From the NCBI GenBank assembly GCA_051382295.1, contig JBBCAW010000074.1, forward strand, positions 1-57,393: 57,393 bases of DNA. The letters run 5' to 3'. Position numbers and translations under genes: made by a program. A model generated the notes under the pieces. That model was not told where the DNA came from. It searched no databases and saw only the letters and a list, made by a program, of their open reading frames with translations. This document shows positions 9,658-20,766 of the stretch, piece after piece (position 1 is the first letter of the stretch; each line of letters begins with the position of its first letter). The stretch is from Bdellovibrionota bacterium FG-1. GTDB taxonomy: Bacteria; Bdellovibrionota; UBA1018.

Positions 9658-10752
9658 ATGAGAAAACTCGCCTTCCTCGCGCTGCTTTGTTTTTCTGCCC
9701 CGGTCCTCGCTGACGAGCGCATCGAAATACCCTCGTTTTGGCTTTCGCGTGGGTATCTTCGCGTCCAACCGCGGGGCGCGCGAGTCCTCGCCCTCAACGG
9801 GCAAGACGAGCACCCGACCTGGCCCGCCCATTCATTAGACTGGCCCGTGAAGTTTCAGGATGCGACGCATTCCATCGGAAATTCGATGCTCGAATTTCAG
9901 TCTTATGGCGACGGTCCTTATTTTCATGGCGGCTGTGACCTTCGCGTGGCCGCACGAGAGGCCGTGCGTGCGCCGGTGGCAGGCAAAATCGAGGCCGGTC
10001 ATTATGGGTATTCAAATAACCCCGATGGATCGATGGAAAAATTTTGGTATCCATGGCCCAAGGAAGGAGATCAGACCTATTTTGAGGTCGCCGTGGTGAC
10101 GGTTGACGGCTACCGTTTTGAATTTCACCATATAGATGAAACGAAGCTTTCACCCGAGGTTTTGAAAATTCTTCAGGATGGCCAAGGCGGAAAAATTTCA
10201 GCCGGCGCATGGCTTGGAAATACCATTGTTTGGCCTGGGGGTGTCTATCATCACACCCATTACAACGTCATAACCCCAAGTGGCGTGCGTCTCAACCCGG
10301 AGTATTACTCGCCACTGTTGGATGATCACCAAAAGCCCCAGGTCGAGGTGATTCTTGCTTCGTTTTCTGGGGGAGACACCCAAGATTTCGGAAGGGGCGA
10401 GTTTAAGCAGGCTCCCGAATTTTTTGCCGTAGCGGTCATTGATCGGCAAGATGGCAATGTTTACGATCATCCTCCCGTTTATGCGGGGATTCGTTTTGAT
10501 TCGGGACAAAGCTTTGCCTGGGATTTCCGTGAACGGTTGCAAGCGCCTGGCGGCGGCTGGCCTTCAATTTGGAATTTTTTTGTGAGAATGATTCGTGGCC
10601 CTGATGGAAGACATTATAGAACTGAAGGCGGCTATGGTGAAGGCACGTCGGTGCTTCGGATTCCTGTTCCACAGTCAGCCCGGGGTAAGTTTACCCTGGA
10701 GATTGGCGATCAGGCGGGCAACGCCGTTGAGTATTTCGGGCGGATTGAGTAA
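9658..10752 (+). CDS. Secreted M23-like metallopeptidase
   Basis: Signal peptide; HGGCD (HxxxD) and HTH (HxH) zinc motifs. Confidence 0.65.
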   Translation: MRKLAFLALLCFSAPVLADERIEIPSFWLSRGYLRVQPRGARVLALNGQDEHPTWPAHSLDWPVKFQDATHSIGNSMLEFQSYGDGPYFHGGCDLRVAAREAVRAPVAGKIEAGHYGYSNNPDGSMEKFWYPWPKEGDQTYFEVAVVTVDGYRFEFHHIDETKLSPEVLKILQDGQGGKISAGAWLGNTIVWPGGVYHHTHYNVITPSGVRLNPEYYSPLLDDHQKPQVEVILASFSGGDTQDFGRGEFKQAPEFFAVAVIDRQDGNVYDHPPVYAGIRFDSGQSFAWDFRERLQAPGGGWPSIWNFFVRMIRGPDGRHYRTEGGYGEGTSVLRIPVPQSARGKFTLEIGDQAGNAVEYFGRIE

Positions 10753-10763
10753 GAATCTCATCC

Positions 10764-11495
10764 ATGAGCAAACTCACGTTCAAAGCCCTCACTAAACGGT
10801 TTGGCCCCAAAACCGTGATCGAGCCCCTTTCGCTGGAAATCGCGGACGGTTCCTTTGTCGCGCTTTTGGGACCCAGTGGTTGCGGAAAAACCACGCTGCT
10901 TCGGATGGTGGCAGGTTTAGAAGATCCCACCGGTGGCGAAATCTGGATCGGTGACAAGCAGGTCTTTGGCCCGACCCTCAATGTGGCGCCCGAGGAGCGG
11001 GGGCTCGGGATGGTGTTTCAGTCCTATGCGGTTTGGCCGCATATGAACGTCGAGCAGAATGTGGCCTATCCGCTCCAACTCCGTCGGCGCCGAACGTCGG
11101 CCTCCGAACAAGCCCAGGCGGTGAGCGCGGCCCTTGAAATGGTCAAAATGAGCGAATACCGAGAGCGGTTTCCTCATCAGTTGTCTGGAGGCCAGCAACA
11201 GCGGGTCGCATTGGCTCGAGGCTTGGCGATGAAGCCTCCGGTTTTGCTTTTGGATGAGCCGTTGTCAAATCTGGATGCCCGGTTGCGGGCGGAAATGCGT
11301 AAGGAAATCAGGGATCTTCATCGACGGCTCGGAATGACCTTGTTGTATGTGACGCATGACCAACGTGAAGCCTTCGAAATGGCGACCCAGGTGGTGGTTT
11401 TGCATGAGGGAAAAATCGCCCAAAGAGGAACTCCCGAGGAAGTGAGGCAACGGCCCGCTCCTGGTTTCGTTGCGGAGTTTTTGGCTTTGGGATAA
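10764..11495 (+). CDS. ABC transporter ATP-binding protein (PotA/FbpC/MalK-like)
   Basis: GPSGCGKT, LSGGQQQR, LLLDEP, VTHD. Confidence 0.93.
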   Translation: MSKLTFKALTKRFGPKTVIEPLSLEIADGSFVALLGPSGCGKTTLLRMVAGLEDPTGGEIWIGDKQVFGPTLNVAPEERGLGMVFQSYAVWPHMNVEQNVAYPLQLRRRRTSASEQAQAVSAALEMVKMSEYRERFPHQLSGGQQQRVALARGLAMKPPVLLLDEPLSNLDARLRAEMRKEIRDLHRRLGMTLLYVTHDQREAFEMATQVVVLHEGKIAQRGTPEEVRQRPAPGFVAEFLALG

Positions 11496-12199
11496 TGAAG
11501 GTTCAACCCAGGGAGACACCGCAATTGCGAATCCTCGTTGTTGAAGATCAGAAAAAGATGTCCAATTTCCTTAAAAAAGGGCTCGGTGAGGCAGGTCATA
11601 TCGTTGACGTCGCTGAAACCGGAACCGCCGCTGAATCGCTGGCCGGTGAGAACCCTTATGATTTGATTATTTTGGACGTCATGCTGCCCGATCAAAATGG
11701 CTTAGATACTTCAAGACATCTCAGGCGCGACGGGTACGCCGGCGCCATCTTGATGCTCACCGCTTTAGGTGGCACTAAGGACAAAGTCCATGGTTTAGAT
11801 GCCGGCGCGGATGATTATCTGACCAAGCCTTTTTCGTTTGATGAGCTCTTGGCCCGAGTGCGCGCTTTGATGAGGCGGCAAGGAAGCGTGAAAGAGACTT
11901 CGTCGTTGCGGTTTGCAGATCTCGAAATGGATTTGCTGACGCGAAAAGTTCGGCGGGATGGCCAGGAAATTCAACTCACTACTAAGGAATTCGCGCTTCT
12001 TGAATATTTTTTACGCAACCCCAATCGACCGCTATCGCGAGCGGCGATCGCCGAACATGTGTGGGATGTGCGGTTCGATAGCGAAAGCAACGTGATTGAT
12101 GTTTATATCAATCTGTTACGAAAAAAAGTGGATCACCCGTTCAATAAAAAGTTGGTGCATACGGTGATCGGTGCTGGCTATGTTCTTCGCGAAGAGTGA
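11495..12199 (+). CDS. OmpR-family response regulator (CusR/CzcR-like)
   Basis: VVEDQ, ILDVMLP, GADDYLTKPF, winged-helix NVIDVYINLLRKKVD. Confidence 0.93.
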   Translation: MKVQPRETPQLRILVVEDQKKMSNFLKKGLGEAGHIVDVAETGTAAESLAGENPYDLIILDVMLPDQNGLDTSRHLRRDGYAGAILMLTALGGTKDKVHGLDAGADDYLTKPFSFDELLARVRALMRRQGSVKETSSLRFADLEMDLLTRKVRRDGQEIQLTTKEFALLEYFLRNPNRPLSRAAIAEHVWDVRFDSESNVIDVYINLLRKKVDHPFNKKLVHTVIGAGYVLREE

Positions 12200-13643
12200 T
12201 TGGGGTGGCATCCGAGTTCGCTTGACTGCACTTTTTGTGGTCATTTTTGGCATCACGTTAGTCGCGTTCAGTGCGCTTGTTTTTCGCGTCTTTACGCTCA
12301 ATCTTCAGAGCGAGTTTGACGCGGATTTATTTAATCATGCGCTGGACGTCGCGCAAGGGATTGACGTCGACTTTTTTGGGGAGCTTTCAGTTAATTCGGA
12401 TGTGTTCTCGGCGGGGGAAAAGATTTTTCCTTTTTCCGTAGGCAATGCGTTTTTTCAGATCAGTACCTTGGATGGCCGAATGATCGCGCGGTCTCGAAGT
12501 CTTGGGCGCGCGGAGTTGCCGCGAATTGCGCGGGATTTAAGGTTTGTGCAGGCGCAAGGGGCGGTGTTTCGAACTCTGGCCCCGCAACAGGTGCCTGCGC
12601 TTTCCGAGGGGCGACGAAATAAAACCGCGCCCTACCGACTTTTGACCTATTTGGTGCAAAAGCCCGAGGGTGTTAATTTTTTGCTTCAGATTGCCGTACC
12701 CATGACGCTGGTGGAGCAACAAAGCAAAGGGCTGATTACGTTTTTTCTGATCATGGTGCCGCTGACGTTGATTTTGGCGGCTTTTGGGGGTCTTTACTTT
12801 TCTCAGCGTGCCTTGGCCCCCGTGGTCGCGATGATCCATAAAGCGCAGTCTTTAAGTCCGGCGAGTCTTGGTGATCGGATCCCGGTGCCGGTCGCGCGCG
12901 ACGAAATTCAGAAATTGGCGCTGACGCTCAATGGCTTGCTCGATCGACTCCAAGCCGCTTTTGAAAGTCAGGAGCGCTTTGTGGCGGATGCCTCTCATCA
13001 GCTCAAAACCCCTTTGGCGATCCTGCGAGGCGAGCTGGATCTTTTACAACATCGCAAGTCGTCCGTTGGGGAAACCGAAGCGTTTTTGACCAGTGCTTCG
13101 CAGGAGTTGGAACACCTGTCGCGAATGGTGGAGGACCTCCTTTTGCTGGCCCGCGTGGATGCCGGTGAGGCGGCTTTGCAATGTCAACCCGTGCGTTTAG
13201 ACGAAGTCGCGCTTGAGGCTGTTTCGCGCCTGGAGCGCTTGGCGCGCAGTCGTGGCGTGCATGTGCGCTTTGATCTGAACGTCGAGCATGGCGCGCCCGA
13301 CTTTGAGGTCAGCGCGGATTCGGATTTACTGCAGAGTTTGCTCCAATGTCTCATTGAAAACGCCATTAAGTATTCAACCGTCGTGATTGTCTCGGTTTCG
13401 TCTGAAGCGGATTGGCTGTGGGTTAGGGTGCGAGATGAAGGGCCGGGGATTGCGGCTGAGCATTTAGAGCGTATTTTTGAACGCTTTTACCGGATCAGCG
13501 GGAGCCTCGCAGGCGGCACCGGGCTTGGGCTTGCTATTGCTAAGCGAATTGCCGAGGCTCACCGGGGAATTTTGCTCGCCGAAAGTGAGCCCGGCAAAGG
13601 CAGCGTTTTTAGCTTCGGAATGAAGCGGTTAAAGAAAATTTAA
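12171..13643 (+). CDS. HAMP-domain sensor histidine kinase (CusS-like); start uncertain
   Basis: Two TM segments, HAMP, ASHQLKTPL H-box, ENAIKY, DEGPGI, GTGLGL. Confidence 0.9.
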   Translation: MLAMFFAKSDWGGIRVRLTALFVVIFGITLVAFSALVFRVFTLNLQSEFDADLFNHALDVAQGIDVDFFGELSVNSDVFSAGEKIFPFSVGNAFFQISTLDGRMIARSRSLGRAELPRIARDLRFVQAQGAVFRTLAPQQVPALSEGRRNKTAPYRLLTYLVQKPEGVNFLLQIAVPMTLVEQQSKGLITFFLIMVPLTLILAAFGGLYFSQRALAPVVAMIHKAQSLSPASLGDRIPVPVARDEIQKLALTLNGLLDRLQAAFESQERFVADASHQLKTPLAILRGELDLLQHRKSSVGETEAFLTSASQELEHLSRMVEDLLLLARVDAGEAALQCQPVRLDEVALEAVSRLERLARSRGVHVRFDLNVEHGAPDFEVSADSDLLQSLLQCLIENAIKYSTVVIVSVSSEADWLWVRVRDEGPGIAAEHLERIFERFYRISGSLAGGTGLGLAIAKRIAEAHRGILLAESEPGKGSVFSFGMKRLKKI

Positions 13644-13667
13644 TCCCGTTTTAATCTCCCGTTTAGT
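13629..13667 (+). promoter_or_regulatory. Putative OmpR/PhoB-type binding box (11-bp periodic direct repeats)
   Basis: TTAAAG 13629, TTAATC 13640, TTAATC 13651, TTTAGT 13662. Confidence 0.55.
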
Positions 13668-13801
13668 CCCACCCGTTAGGGTTAAAGGATGTGGCAAATC
13701 ATCTACGCCAAATGCCAAAGGGGTTTGAGTCAGTTTTATTATGGGTTGATTTTGTTGATGGTTCTGATCCTTGCGGCACACACCAAGCCAGGAGGCCTAC
13801 A

Positions 13802-14140
13802 ATGGAAAACCAAAGCAGTTCCAGGTCCATCTTTCTTTACGGGGAGATCAGTTGGCACCATATATCGCGGTCCCGCGGGATTCGAAAGATGATCGAAAAA
13901 GGGATTTCTCGGTGGGGCGCGATTCAGGATAATGGGACTTCAAGTTTATGGTATCGAGCGATGCTTGACCGCGAAGGCGATGGGCATTGGGTGCATTGTC
14001 AGATCGCAGTGGAAGATGGTGCACGGACGTGGTTTGGGTCGACGGCGGGATTGAGCATTCAGCAGGCGGTGGCGGAATGCCTCACTCATATGAGATCCAT
14101 GGGGGCTAGCTCACAGACGGCTAGCCCACAAGGCGGCTGA
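13802..14140 (+). CDS. Hypothetical protein
   Basis: AGGAGG RBS before ATG 13802, in frame with the 13691 ORF. Confidence 0.6.
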   Translation: MENQSSSRSIFLYGEISWHHISRSRGIRKMIEKGISRWGAIQDNGTSSLWYRAMLDREGDGHWVHCQIAVEDGARTWFGSTAGLSIQQAVAECLTHMRSMGASSQTASPQGG

Positions 14141-14264
14141 AAATGCCGGGCAACTTATGCCATGCGTTAATGTGTTTTTATTCAACTTTATAGAAAAATT
14201 CGTTTCAAAGTTGCAAAAAGGCTTGGAAAAACTTATTCCCCCCTGCGTCACAAGGGGAGATCTC

Positions 14265-15020
14265 ATGAGACTAAAGGTAAAAGATCAGATCTGTTTAAAA
14301 ATCGGGTTTCAGTTTGGAATGGTCGCTTTTGCGGCCTTTTTCGTTTTTTCAGGGGGTGTAAAAGCGGATTCGGACGGGGCTTTGTATGAGCGGCTTTACT
14401 ATACGGTAAAGCCGGCGCAGGTGTCTTTTATTGAAGAGCAAGGGGAGTTTTCCCTCGATGGGCATGCTACGGAGGTGACGCCTCCCGCAGCGAGCGCGAC
14501 TCCAGCGGCACCCAATGAAACGTTGGTGGTGATCGATCAGATTATTAATTTGGGCAAGAAAATCTGGGAGGTCGTCAGCGCGAATCAGCCGGTCGTTAAT
14601 ATTCAAACGGATTCGGCCAATGCGGTCCCTCAGGGGGTTACGGGCTGGGAAGCTTTAGAGGGTTGGCAGGCTCCGATGGCGCGAACCTACCACGTTCAGT
14701 ATGAGAATCTTCTGGGGATGACCGTCGTGGAGGCTTCGTTTCGCGTGCTGTTTACGCCGGGTGGAAATTATCACGGCAAAGGCCTATACCTCACTCATGT
14801 GGTCGTCATTCCAAGTTCACTGACGGTGGCTTGGGGGTACAAGTTTGGTTTAGTCGCCTCGGTACCTAGCATTACCAACGCCGGGACTTCAGCGAATCCG
14901 ATCGCGGCCGCCGAAGTGCTTTTGAATTGGAAGGTGGATACTGCGGTTAAGCATGATGAACGGACCATTAGTTTTTATGTCCGAGGGGACGGAGTTTTTT
15001 CTAGTTATAATCTGCAATAA
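14265..15020 (+). CDS. Secreted hypothetical protein
   Basis: GGGGAG RBS before ATG 14265; hydrophobic leader ending VKA; beta-rich C-terminus. Confidence 0.75.
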   Translation: MRLKVKDQICLKIGFQFGMVAFAAFFVFSGGVKADSDGALYERLYYTVKPAQVSFIEEQGEFSLDGHATEVTPPAASATPAAPNETLVVIDQIINLGKKIWEVVSANQPVVNIQTDSANAVPQGVTGWEALEGWQAPMARTYHVQYENLLGMTVVEASFRVLFTPGGNYHGKGLYLTHVVVIPSSLTVAWGYKFGLVASVPSITNAGTSANPIAAAEVLLNWKVDTAVKHDERTISFYVRGDGVFSSYNLQ

Positions 15021-15025
15021 TGAAT

Positions 15026-16420
15026 CTAGTCGTTGAATGGAATGGGACGCCCTTCTAGCGTGGGGGGCATTTTTAGCCCGATGATTTGCGCCGCGGTCGG
15101 GGCTACGTCCAAAAGGCGTATTTGGCCGAGGTTTTTGCCAGCGGGAATGCCCGGGCCAATCGCAATAAATCCTGTTTTGAGCAAAGGATCCGATGGATTC
15201 GGGCCGTGATTTCCTCGAACACGGCCCAGGTAGGCTATCAGCTCTCCCTGGGCCTCTTTACCTATGCTATAACCGGGGCCGATTTTTCCATCTGAAGTCG
15301 GAGCCGTGGTCATGGGGTCAACGGCACAGACGGCTCCCGGAAAGGCTTCGAGTCGATCGAGTTCTTTTCGGTGAATAACGCGATAAGCTTGGCCGGCGTT
15401 TTGTTCAAGGAGTTGAACGAGTTTTTTATTGAGTTTGGGATCTCGTGAGTAAATGGCCGCCGTCCCTCCGCTAGGATGAGCGATGACTTTCCAGTCTGGT
15501 TTGAGTTTTCCAGCAAATTCTTTGAGCCAGCCCTGTTGGGCAAAAAGCGTATTAATGTTGATGATTTTGTCAAAATTATAGAACCCGTGATCGCCGAGGA
15601 CAAAAACCGTGGTTTTGTTGAAATCGATGCCACTGAGCATTTTTGCGAGTTGAGTATCCGCTAATTTGACCGCGGCTCGGGTTTGAGGGGCCACATTGCC
15701 ATAATCGTGTTGAACGTGGTCGACATTGATCAGGTGAATCAGTGTTAAAGACGGATGGCGCTCTCGAAGGAGATAATCACTGGCGTCAGTGACCCATTGA
15801 TCGCGTTGGTCGTAACTTTCGACGACTTTTCTGTGGACGTGTTGGCTCAGTTCTTTAAAAACCGCTGGGTTCATGCCCTTACGGGTGAGCTCCCAGGCAG
15901 TTTCCTTCGCGGAGGCTGGAGGTGGGTAGAGTTCAGGAACCAGCCAATCCGAGGTGGCTCCGAGGGTCACGGGCCAAGTGAGAAGCGCGGTTTTCAAGCC
16001 TTGCTCATGCGCCACGCTCCAAAGCGTAGGGGCCTTGAGATAAGAGGCTTCCCAGTACCAACGAGGCGTGTTTCCTTCATGGATATTGAAAACGGTATTC
16101 GATAGCACACCATGATGGGCTGAGCGAACCCCCGTAATAATGGTGGTGTGACTCGGAAAGGTGACGGACGGATAAATAGTCTCGGCTCCATCAGCGCTGG
16201 CGCCCCGCAAAACCAGGTTTTTCAGTGTGGGGGCGTCAAAACCGGGGTCTCGATAAAAAGCGGGACGCAGCCCGTCAATCGAAATAATGACCACGGAGGA
16301 GTCTTCGACACGGAGTGTTGTGTCCTCTTTCGTTGGGGGGGCTGAGCTACATCCCCAGCCGAAAACCATCGTGAGCGTTGCTGCCACCACGGGGGAGAGT
16401 CGAAAAGAGCGAGTGCGCAT
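15026..16420 (-). CDS. Nucleotide pyrophosphatase/phosphodiesterase (alkaline phosphatase superfamily), probable lipoprotein
   Basis: [35 protein letters not shown]. Confidence 0.9.
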   Translation of the reverse strand: MRTRSFRLSPVVAATLTMVFGWGCSSAPPTKEDTTLRVEDSSVVIISIDGLRPAFYRDPGFDAPTLKNLVLRGASADGAETIYPSVTFPSHTTIITGVRSAHHGVLSNTVFNIHEGNTPRWYWEASYLKAPTLWSVAHEQGLKTALLTWPVTLGATSDWLVPELYPPPASAKETAWELTRKGMNPAVFKELSQHVHRKVVESYDQRDQWVTDASDYLLRERHPSLTLIHLINVDHVQHDYGNVAPQTRAAVKLADTQLAKMLSGIDFNKTTVFVLGDHGFYNFDKIININTLFAQQGWLKEFAGKLKPDWKVIAHPSGGTAAIYSRDPKLNKKLVQLLEQNAGQAYRVIHRKELDRLEAFPGAVCAVDPMTTAPTSDGKIGPGYSIGKEAQGELIAYLGRVRGNHGPNPSDPLLKTGFIAIGPGIPAGKNLGQIRLLDVAPTAAQIIGLKMPPTLEGRPIPFND

Positions 16421-16504
16421 AATTTAAAGCTGCCACAGTTGCCTTTCTCTGGGAAGTGGATTAGCGATGATAAGACAGCAAAAAATCGGAAAGGAATCGG
16501 TATC

Positions 16505-17569
16505 ATGGGCGGAAAGCAAAGCACCAATTACGAGGAAATCCTGGGTTCGAATGCTCGGAGCCTTTTAGAGCACAAGGCTAAAGTTTCCAAAGACCGGATC
16601 TATTGCCCGAATCCCAATTGGGTTTCAGAGATCATGACTCAGACCGATCGCCCGGTGCCGGTCTTGCGCAGCCTTCAACAGATCGTCCAGACGGGGCGAC
16701 TTGCCAAAACGGGGTATGTGACAATTTTTCCGGTGGATCAAGGAGTTGAGCATTCCGGTGGATCGGCCTTTGGGCCCAATCCTGAGTTTTTCGACCCCGA
16801 AAATATCGTTCGATTTGCGATTGAATCGGGTTGTAATGCCGTGGCCTCGACTTTGGGTGTGCTCGGTTTGACCGCACGTAAATATGCCCATCATATTCCG
16901 TATGTGCTTAAAATTAATCACAACGAGTTTTTGAGTCTTCCGAATAAATATGATGAGACGATGTTTGCCTCGATCAAGCAAGCTTTTGAAATGGGCTGCG
17001 TGGCCGTCGGCGCGACCGTTTATTTTGGTTCAGCAGAGAGCGCTAGGCAAATCACAGAAGTGAGTGAAGCCTTTCAGATGGCTCATGAGATGGGGATGGC
17101 CACCATTCTTTGGTGCTACACCCGTAATAATGGCTTTAAAGTGGACGGGGTCGATTATCACACCTCCGCCGACCTTACCGGCCAGGCCAATCATCTGGGC
17201 GTCACCATTCAAGCCGATATCATTAAACAAAAGCTTCCGACTAATAATGGGGGCTACTTAGCGACTAAGCACGGAAAGACCAGTCCTCAAGTTTACAAAG
17301 ATCTTTCTACCGATCATCCGATTGACTTGACGCGTTATCAGCTTCTCAATTGCTACGCCGGCAAGATTCCGCTGATCAATTCAGGCGGGGAGTCCAAGGG
17401 ATCCTCTGACTTTGCTGACGCGGTCATGACGGCGATTGTGAACAAACGCGCGGGTGGCATGGGTTTGATTGCAGGTCGCAAAGCGTTCCAGAAACCCTGG
17501 AAAGAAGGCTTGGCATTGATGAATGCAATTCAAGACGTCTATTTGGATTCGTCGATCACCATCGCCTGA
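16505..17569 (+). CDS. fbaB: Class I fructose-bisphosphate aldolase
   Basis: [40 protein letters not shown]. Confidence 0.92.
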   Translation: MGGKQSTNYEEILGSNARSLLEHKAKVSKDRIYCPNPNWVSEIMTQTDRPVPVLRSLQQIVQTGRLAKTGYVTIFPVDQGVEHSGGSAFGPNPEFFDPENIVRFAIESGCNAVASTLGVLGLTARKYAHHIPYVLKINHNEFLSLPNKYDETMFASIKQAFEMGCVAVGATVYFGSAESARQITEVSEAFQMAHEMGMATILWCYTRNNGFKVDGVDYHTSADLTGQANHLGVTIQADIIKQKLPTNNGGYLATKHGKTSPQVYKDLSTDHPIDLTRYQLLNCYAGKIPLINSGGESKGSSDFADAVMTAIVNKRAGGMGLIAGRKAFQKPWKEGLALMNAIQDVYLDSSITIA

Positions 17570-17587
17570 GCAAAGGGAGTAAAAATT

Positions 17588-18304
17588 ATGGGTGCTCAGT
17601 GGAAACATGCGGGTCGGATCTCAAATTCTCTTAAGCGCGGCGCATTAATCAGCAAGCTCATCAAAGAAATCACGGTGGCCGCTAAAGGGGGCGTCAACTT
17701 TGAAGGAAATTCGCGACTCCGAGCTGCCGTAGAAGCCGCTAAAAAGGCATCGGTCCCTCGAGATAATATCGATCGTGCACTGAAGCGCGCGGCGGGAGGG
17801 GATGACGGCGTTGAATATGAATTGATCACGTTTGAAGGTTTTGCCCCCCACCAAGTACCGGTGATTGTGGAGTGTTTGACTGAAAATCGGAATCGCACTT
17901 CGGCTGATATTCGGGTGCTTTTTAGAAAAGGCCAAATGGGAGCAATCGGAAGCGTAGGTTGGCAATTCGATCGGATGGGCGTGGTCGATGCCACTCACGA
18001 GGGGACCTCAATTGACCTCGAAGGGGCCGCGATCGAAGCAGGAGCTCAGAATGTTGAGCCCCTGCAGGGTGAAGAAGTGGCGGCGGGGCATACCGGTGCG
18101 ACTTTTTACTGCGAAACCACGGATCTGGATTCCGTCAATAAAGCCCTCCTCGCTACGGGTTGGGTGGTGACTAAGTCAGAAATGAACTACATTGCCAAGA
18201 ACTTTGCCAACCTTCCCGAGGATCAAAAGAAGGAAGTGGCTGAGTTTTTGAATTCGATCGACGAGCATGATGACGTTCATCGTGTCTACGCGGCTTTGCA
18301 CTAG
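17588..18304 (+). CDS. YebC/PmpR family protein
   Basis: KLIKEITVAAK, VPRDNIDRA, VECLTENRNRT, DDVHRVY. Confidence 0.92.
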   Translation: MGAQWKHAGRISNSLKRGALISKLIKEITVAAKGGVNFEGNSRLRAAVEAAKKASVPRDNIDRALKRAAGGDDGVEYELITFEGFAPHQVPVIVECLTENRNRTSADIRVLFRKGQMGAIGSVGWQFDRMGVVDATHEGTSIDLEGAAIEAGAQNVEPLQGEEVAAGHTGATFYCETTDLDSVNKALLATGWVVTKSEMNYIAKNFANLPEDQKKEVAEFLNSIDEHDDVHRVYAALH

Positions 18305-18316
18305 AGGCGTCGTGCG

Positions 18317-20164
18317 ATGGCGTTACTGGAAGAGATCAATCATCAATATCTAGTCGTCCATACCACTAAAGAAGATGCGTTTTGGGGTTATAAAATGGGC
18401 TTAAAGGCCTATGTGCCCGGATCCTTCGAGAAAGCTGAAGTAGCCCTTCGAGAGTGGATCAATGACGATCGGCAGCTCCTTCGTTTGCGCCAAGAACTCG
18501 GACGCGATGATTTAAGCCCCGAGGAGCGATTGGGGCTTGAAGGTTGGAAGCGTTTTTTTGAAGTCAATCTGATTGAAAAGTCGGATGCCTGCTTGTTGGC
18601 AAACAAGATCACCGAGATGGAAGGGGATCTTGAGCGTAGGCGTAGAGCCATGAAGATCGGGTACGTCCATCCCCAGACAGGAACTCTGGTGGAGTCCGAT
18701 TCGATGGGGTTGGCTTTGCTGATGCGAACCCAAGATGATGAAGGCATTCGAAAGGCCGCGCGGGACGGCCTGAAAGCCATCGAGATCATGGTTCTTGAAA
18801 ATGGTTTTATGGATTTGATCCGGCAGCGTAATCGTTTAGGGCGAATGCTGGGTTACGAAGACTACTACGATTTTAAAGTCTCGCGGAACGAGGGTTTCAG
18901 TAAAGTGAAGCTCTTTGAGCTTTTGGACGAACTGGAGCGCGATACCCGCACGGCCTGTCAAACGGCCGTGACTCGTTTGAAGAACGAAAAGGGTCCTGCA
19001 GCCGGAGACGCCTGGAACTTTGGTTTCTTATGCGCAGGCAGTGTCACCCAGAAGCTGGATCCTTTTTTTCAATTCCAGACGGCTTTGGGTCGCTGGGGTC
19101 GCTCTTTTATGAATCTCGGGATTCGATATCGCGGGAGCTCGTTAACGCTGGATTTGCTTTCGCGTAAAGGCAAATACGAAAATGGCTTTATGCACGGTCC
19201 GATTCCGGCCTTTACTGAAGGTGGAAAGTGGAGTCCGGCCGCGATTAATTTCACTTCTTTGGGGACCCCAGGGCAGGTGGGGAGTGGTTATTCTGAGCTG
19301 CATACCCTTTTTCATGAAGGCGGGCATGCGGCCCATTTCAGTAATGTGATCATGCCCGCGCCTTGTTTTTCGCAGGAGTTTGCCCCGACTTCGGTGGCTT
19401 TTGCCGAAACGCAGTCGATGTTTTGCGATAGCTTGGTGGGGGACCCCGATTGGCGCGTACGTTATGCCCAGGATAGCCACGGGAAGTCGATACCTCATGG
19501 CTTAATCCGAGAGGGGATCGAAATCACTCAAAAATATTGTGCCAATCGAATCCGGCAGATGTTGACGGTCTGCTATGTGGAGAAGGCTCTCTATGAGATG
19601 CCGGACTCTCAGCTCACGGTTGAAAACATCTTGAAGACCGTGCGTGAAATCGAGAGAGAATTTTCGTTTTTGAATGAGGGCCCGCGCCCGACGCTGTCCG
19701 TACCTCATCTTCTTTCAGGCGAAAGTTCGGCCTATTATCATGGCTATGTCTTGGCTGAGATGGCAGTCCATCACACTCGGGCATTTTTTCTCAATCGCGA
19801 CGGCTTTCTTTTGGATAACCCTCGAATTGGGTCGGATTTGGCTCAGCATTACTGGCGACCAGGCAATTCGCGTACCTTTTTGGAGCTGATTGAGGATTTG
19901 ACAGGTCGACCTTTTTCTGCCGAGGCGATCGTGACTGAAATCAATCGCGAGTTGCCCGAGGCCATGGATCGAGCCGAAGCGGCGATTCGGCGTGAAAAGC
20001 AGATTCCTTGCCCCCAGTCCCCCGTGGAGCTCGAAGCTCGTATTGCCCTGGTTCATGGGGATGAGGTGATTGCGTCAAATCATCAAGGCGAGTCTTTTGA
20101 AGAGCTGGATCGGCGCTTTGCAGCTTGGATTGAGCGCGGAGTTGTTTTAAACTCGTCGGTATGA
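18317..20164 (+). CDS. M3 family metallopeptidase
   Basis: [11 protein letters not shown] (HExxH), [13 protein letters not shown]. Confidence 0.88.
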   Translation: MALLEEINHQYLVVHTTKEDAFWGYKMGLKAYVPGSFEKAEVALREWINDDRQLLRLRQELGRDDLSPEERLGLEGWKRFFEVNLIEKSDACLLANKITEMEGDLERRRRAMKIGYVHPQTGTLVESDSMGLALLMRTQDDEGIRKAARDGLKAIEIMVLENGFMDLIRQRNRLGRMLGYEDYYDFKVSRNEGFSKVKLFELLDELERDTRTACQTAVTRLKNEKGPAAGDAWNFGFLCAGSVTQKLDPFFQFQTALGRWGRSFMNLGIRYRGSSLTLDLLSRKGKYENGFMHGPIPAFTEGGKWSPAAINFTSLGTPGQVGSGYSELHTLFHEGGHAAHFSNVIMPAPCFSQEFAPTSVAFAETQSMFCDSLVGDPDWRVRYAQDSHGKSIPHGLIREGIEITQKYCANRIRQMLTVCYVEKALYEMPDSQLTVENILKTVREIEREFSFLNEGPRPTLSVPHLLSGESSAYYHGYVLAEMAVHHTRAFFLNRDGFLLDNPRIGSDLAQHYWRPGNSRTFLELIEDLTGRPFSAEAIVTEINRELPEAMDRAEAAIRREKQIPCPQSPVELEARIALVHGDEVIASNHQGESFEELDRRFAAWIERGVVLNSSV

Positions 20165-20763
20165 TGATTAAAAATTTACGTTCTGTGGGTGGGTTCTTTT
20201 TGGTTTCGATGCTTTGCTTGAGTTCCGTTTCGGGCCTGAGTTGGGCAGCAAATCCTGGAAAAATCGCTATTTTCAAGACAACTGCGGGCGATATTACGGT
20301 CAAGCTTTTTGCCGATCGAGCCCCTAAGACGGTTGAGAATTTTATCGGTTTAGCGACGGGAAAGAAACCTTGGACTGATAGCCGAAACGGAAAATTAGTC
20401 AAAGGGAAGCCACTCTACAATGGTACGATTTTTCATCGGGTGATTCCGGAATTCATGATTCAGGGGGGCGATCCTTTGGGCGACGGCACGGGCGGGCCGG
20501 GTTATACGTTCGAAGACGAAACCCAGCCGAGCGATAGTCTCGATCACCCTGGAATTTTGGCCATGGCGAACGCGGGCCCGAATACCAATGGTTCTCAATT
20601 TTTTATTACTTTAAAGGCAACACCTTGGCTCAACGGCAAACACACGATTTTTGGCGAGGTCACGCAAGGAATGGACGTGGTCAACAAGATCGTCGCGGCC
20701 GCGCGCGGTCCGAATGATCGTCCGGTCGATCCCGTCAAAATTAAAATGATTCGGATCAAGTGA
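20161..20763 (+). CDS. Cyclophilin-type peptidyl-prolyl isomerase, secreted
   Basis: [39 protein letters not shown]; signal peptide. Confidence 0.95.
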   Translation: MMIKNLRSVGGFFLVSMLCLSSVSGLSWAANPGKIAIFKTTAGDITVKLFADRAPKTVENFIGLATGKKPWTDSRNGKLVKGKPLYNGTIFHRVIPEFMIQGGDPLGDGTGGPGYTFEDETQPSDSLDHPGILAMANAGPNTNGSQFFITLKATPWLNGKHTIFGEVTQGMDVVNKIVAAARGPNDRPVDPVKIKMIRIK

Positions 20764-20766
20764 TCT

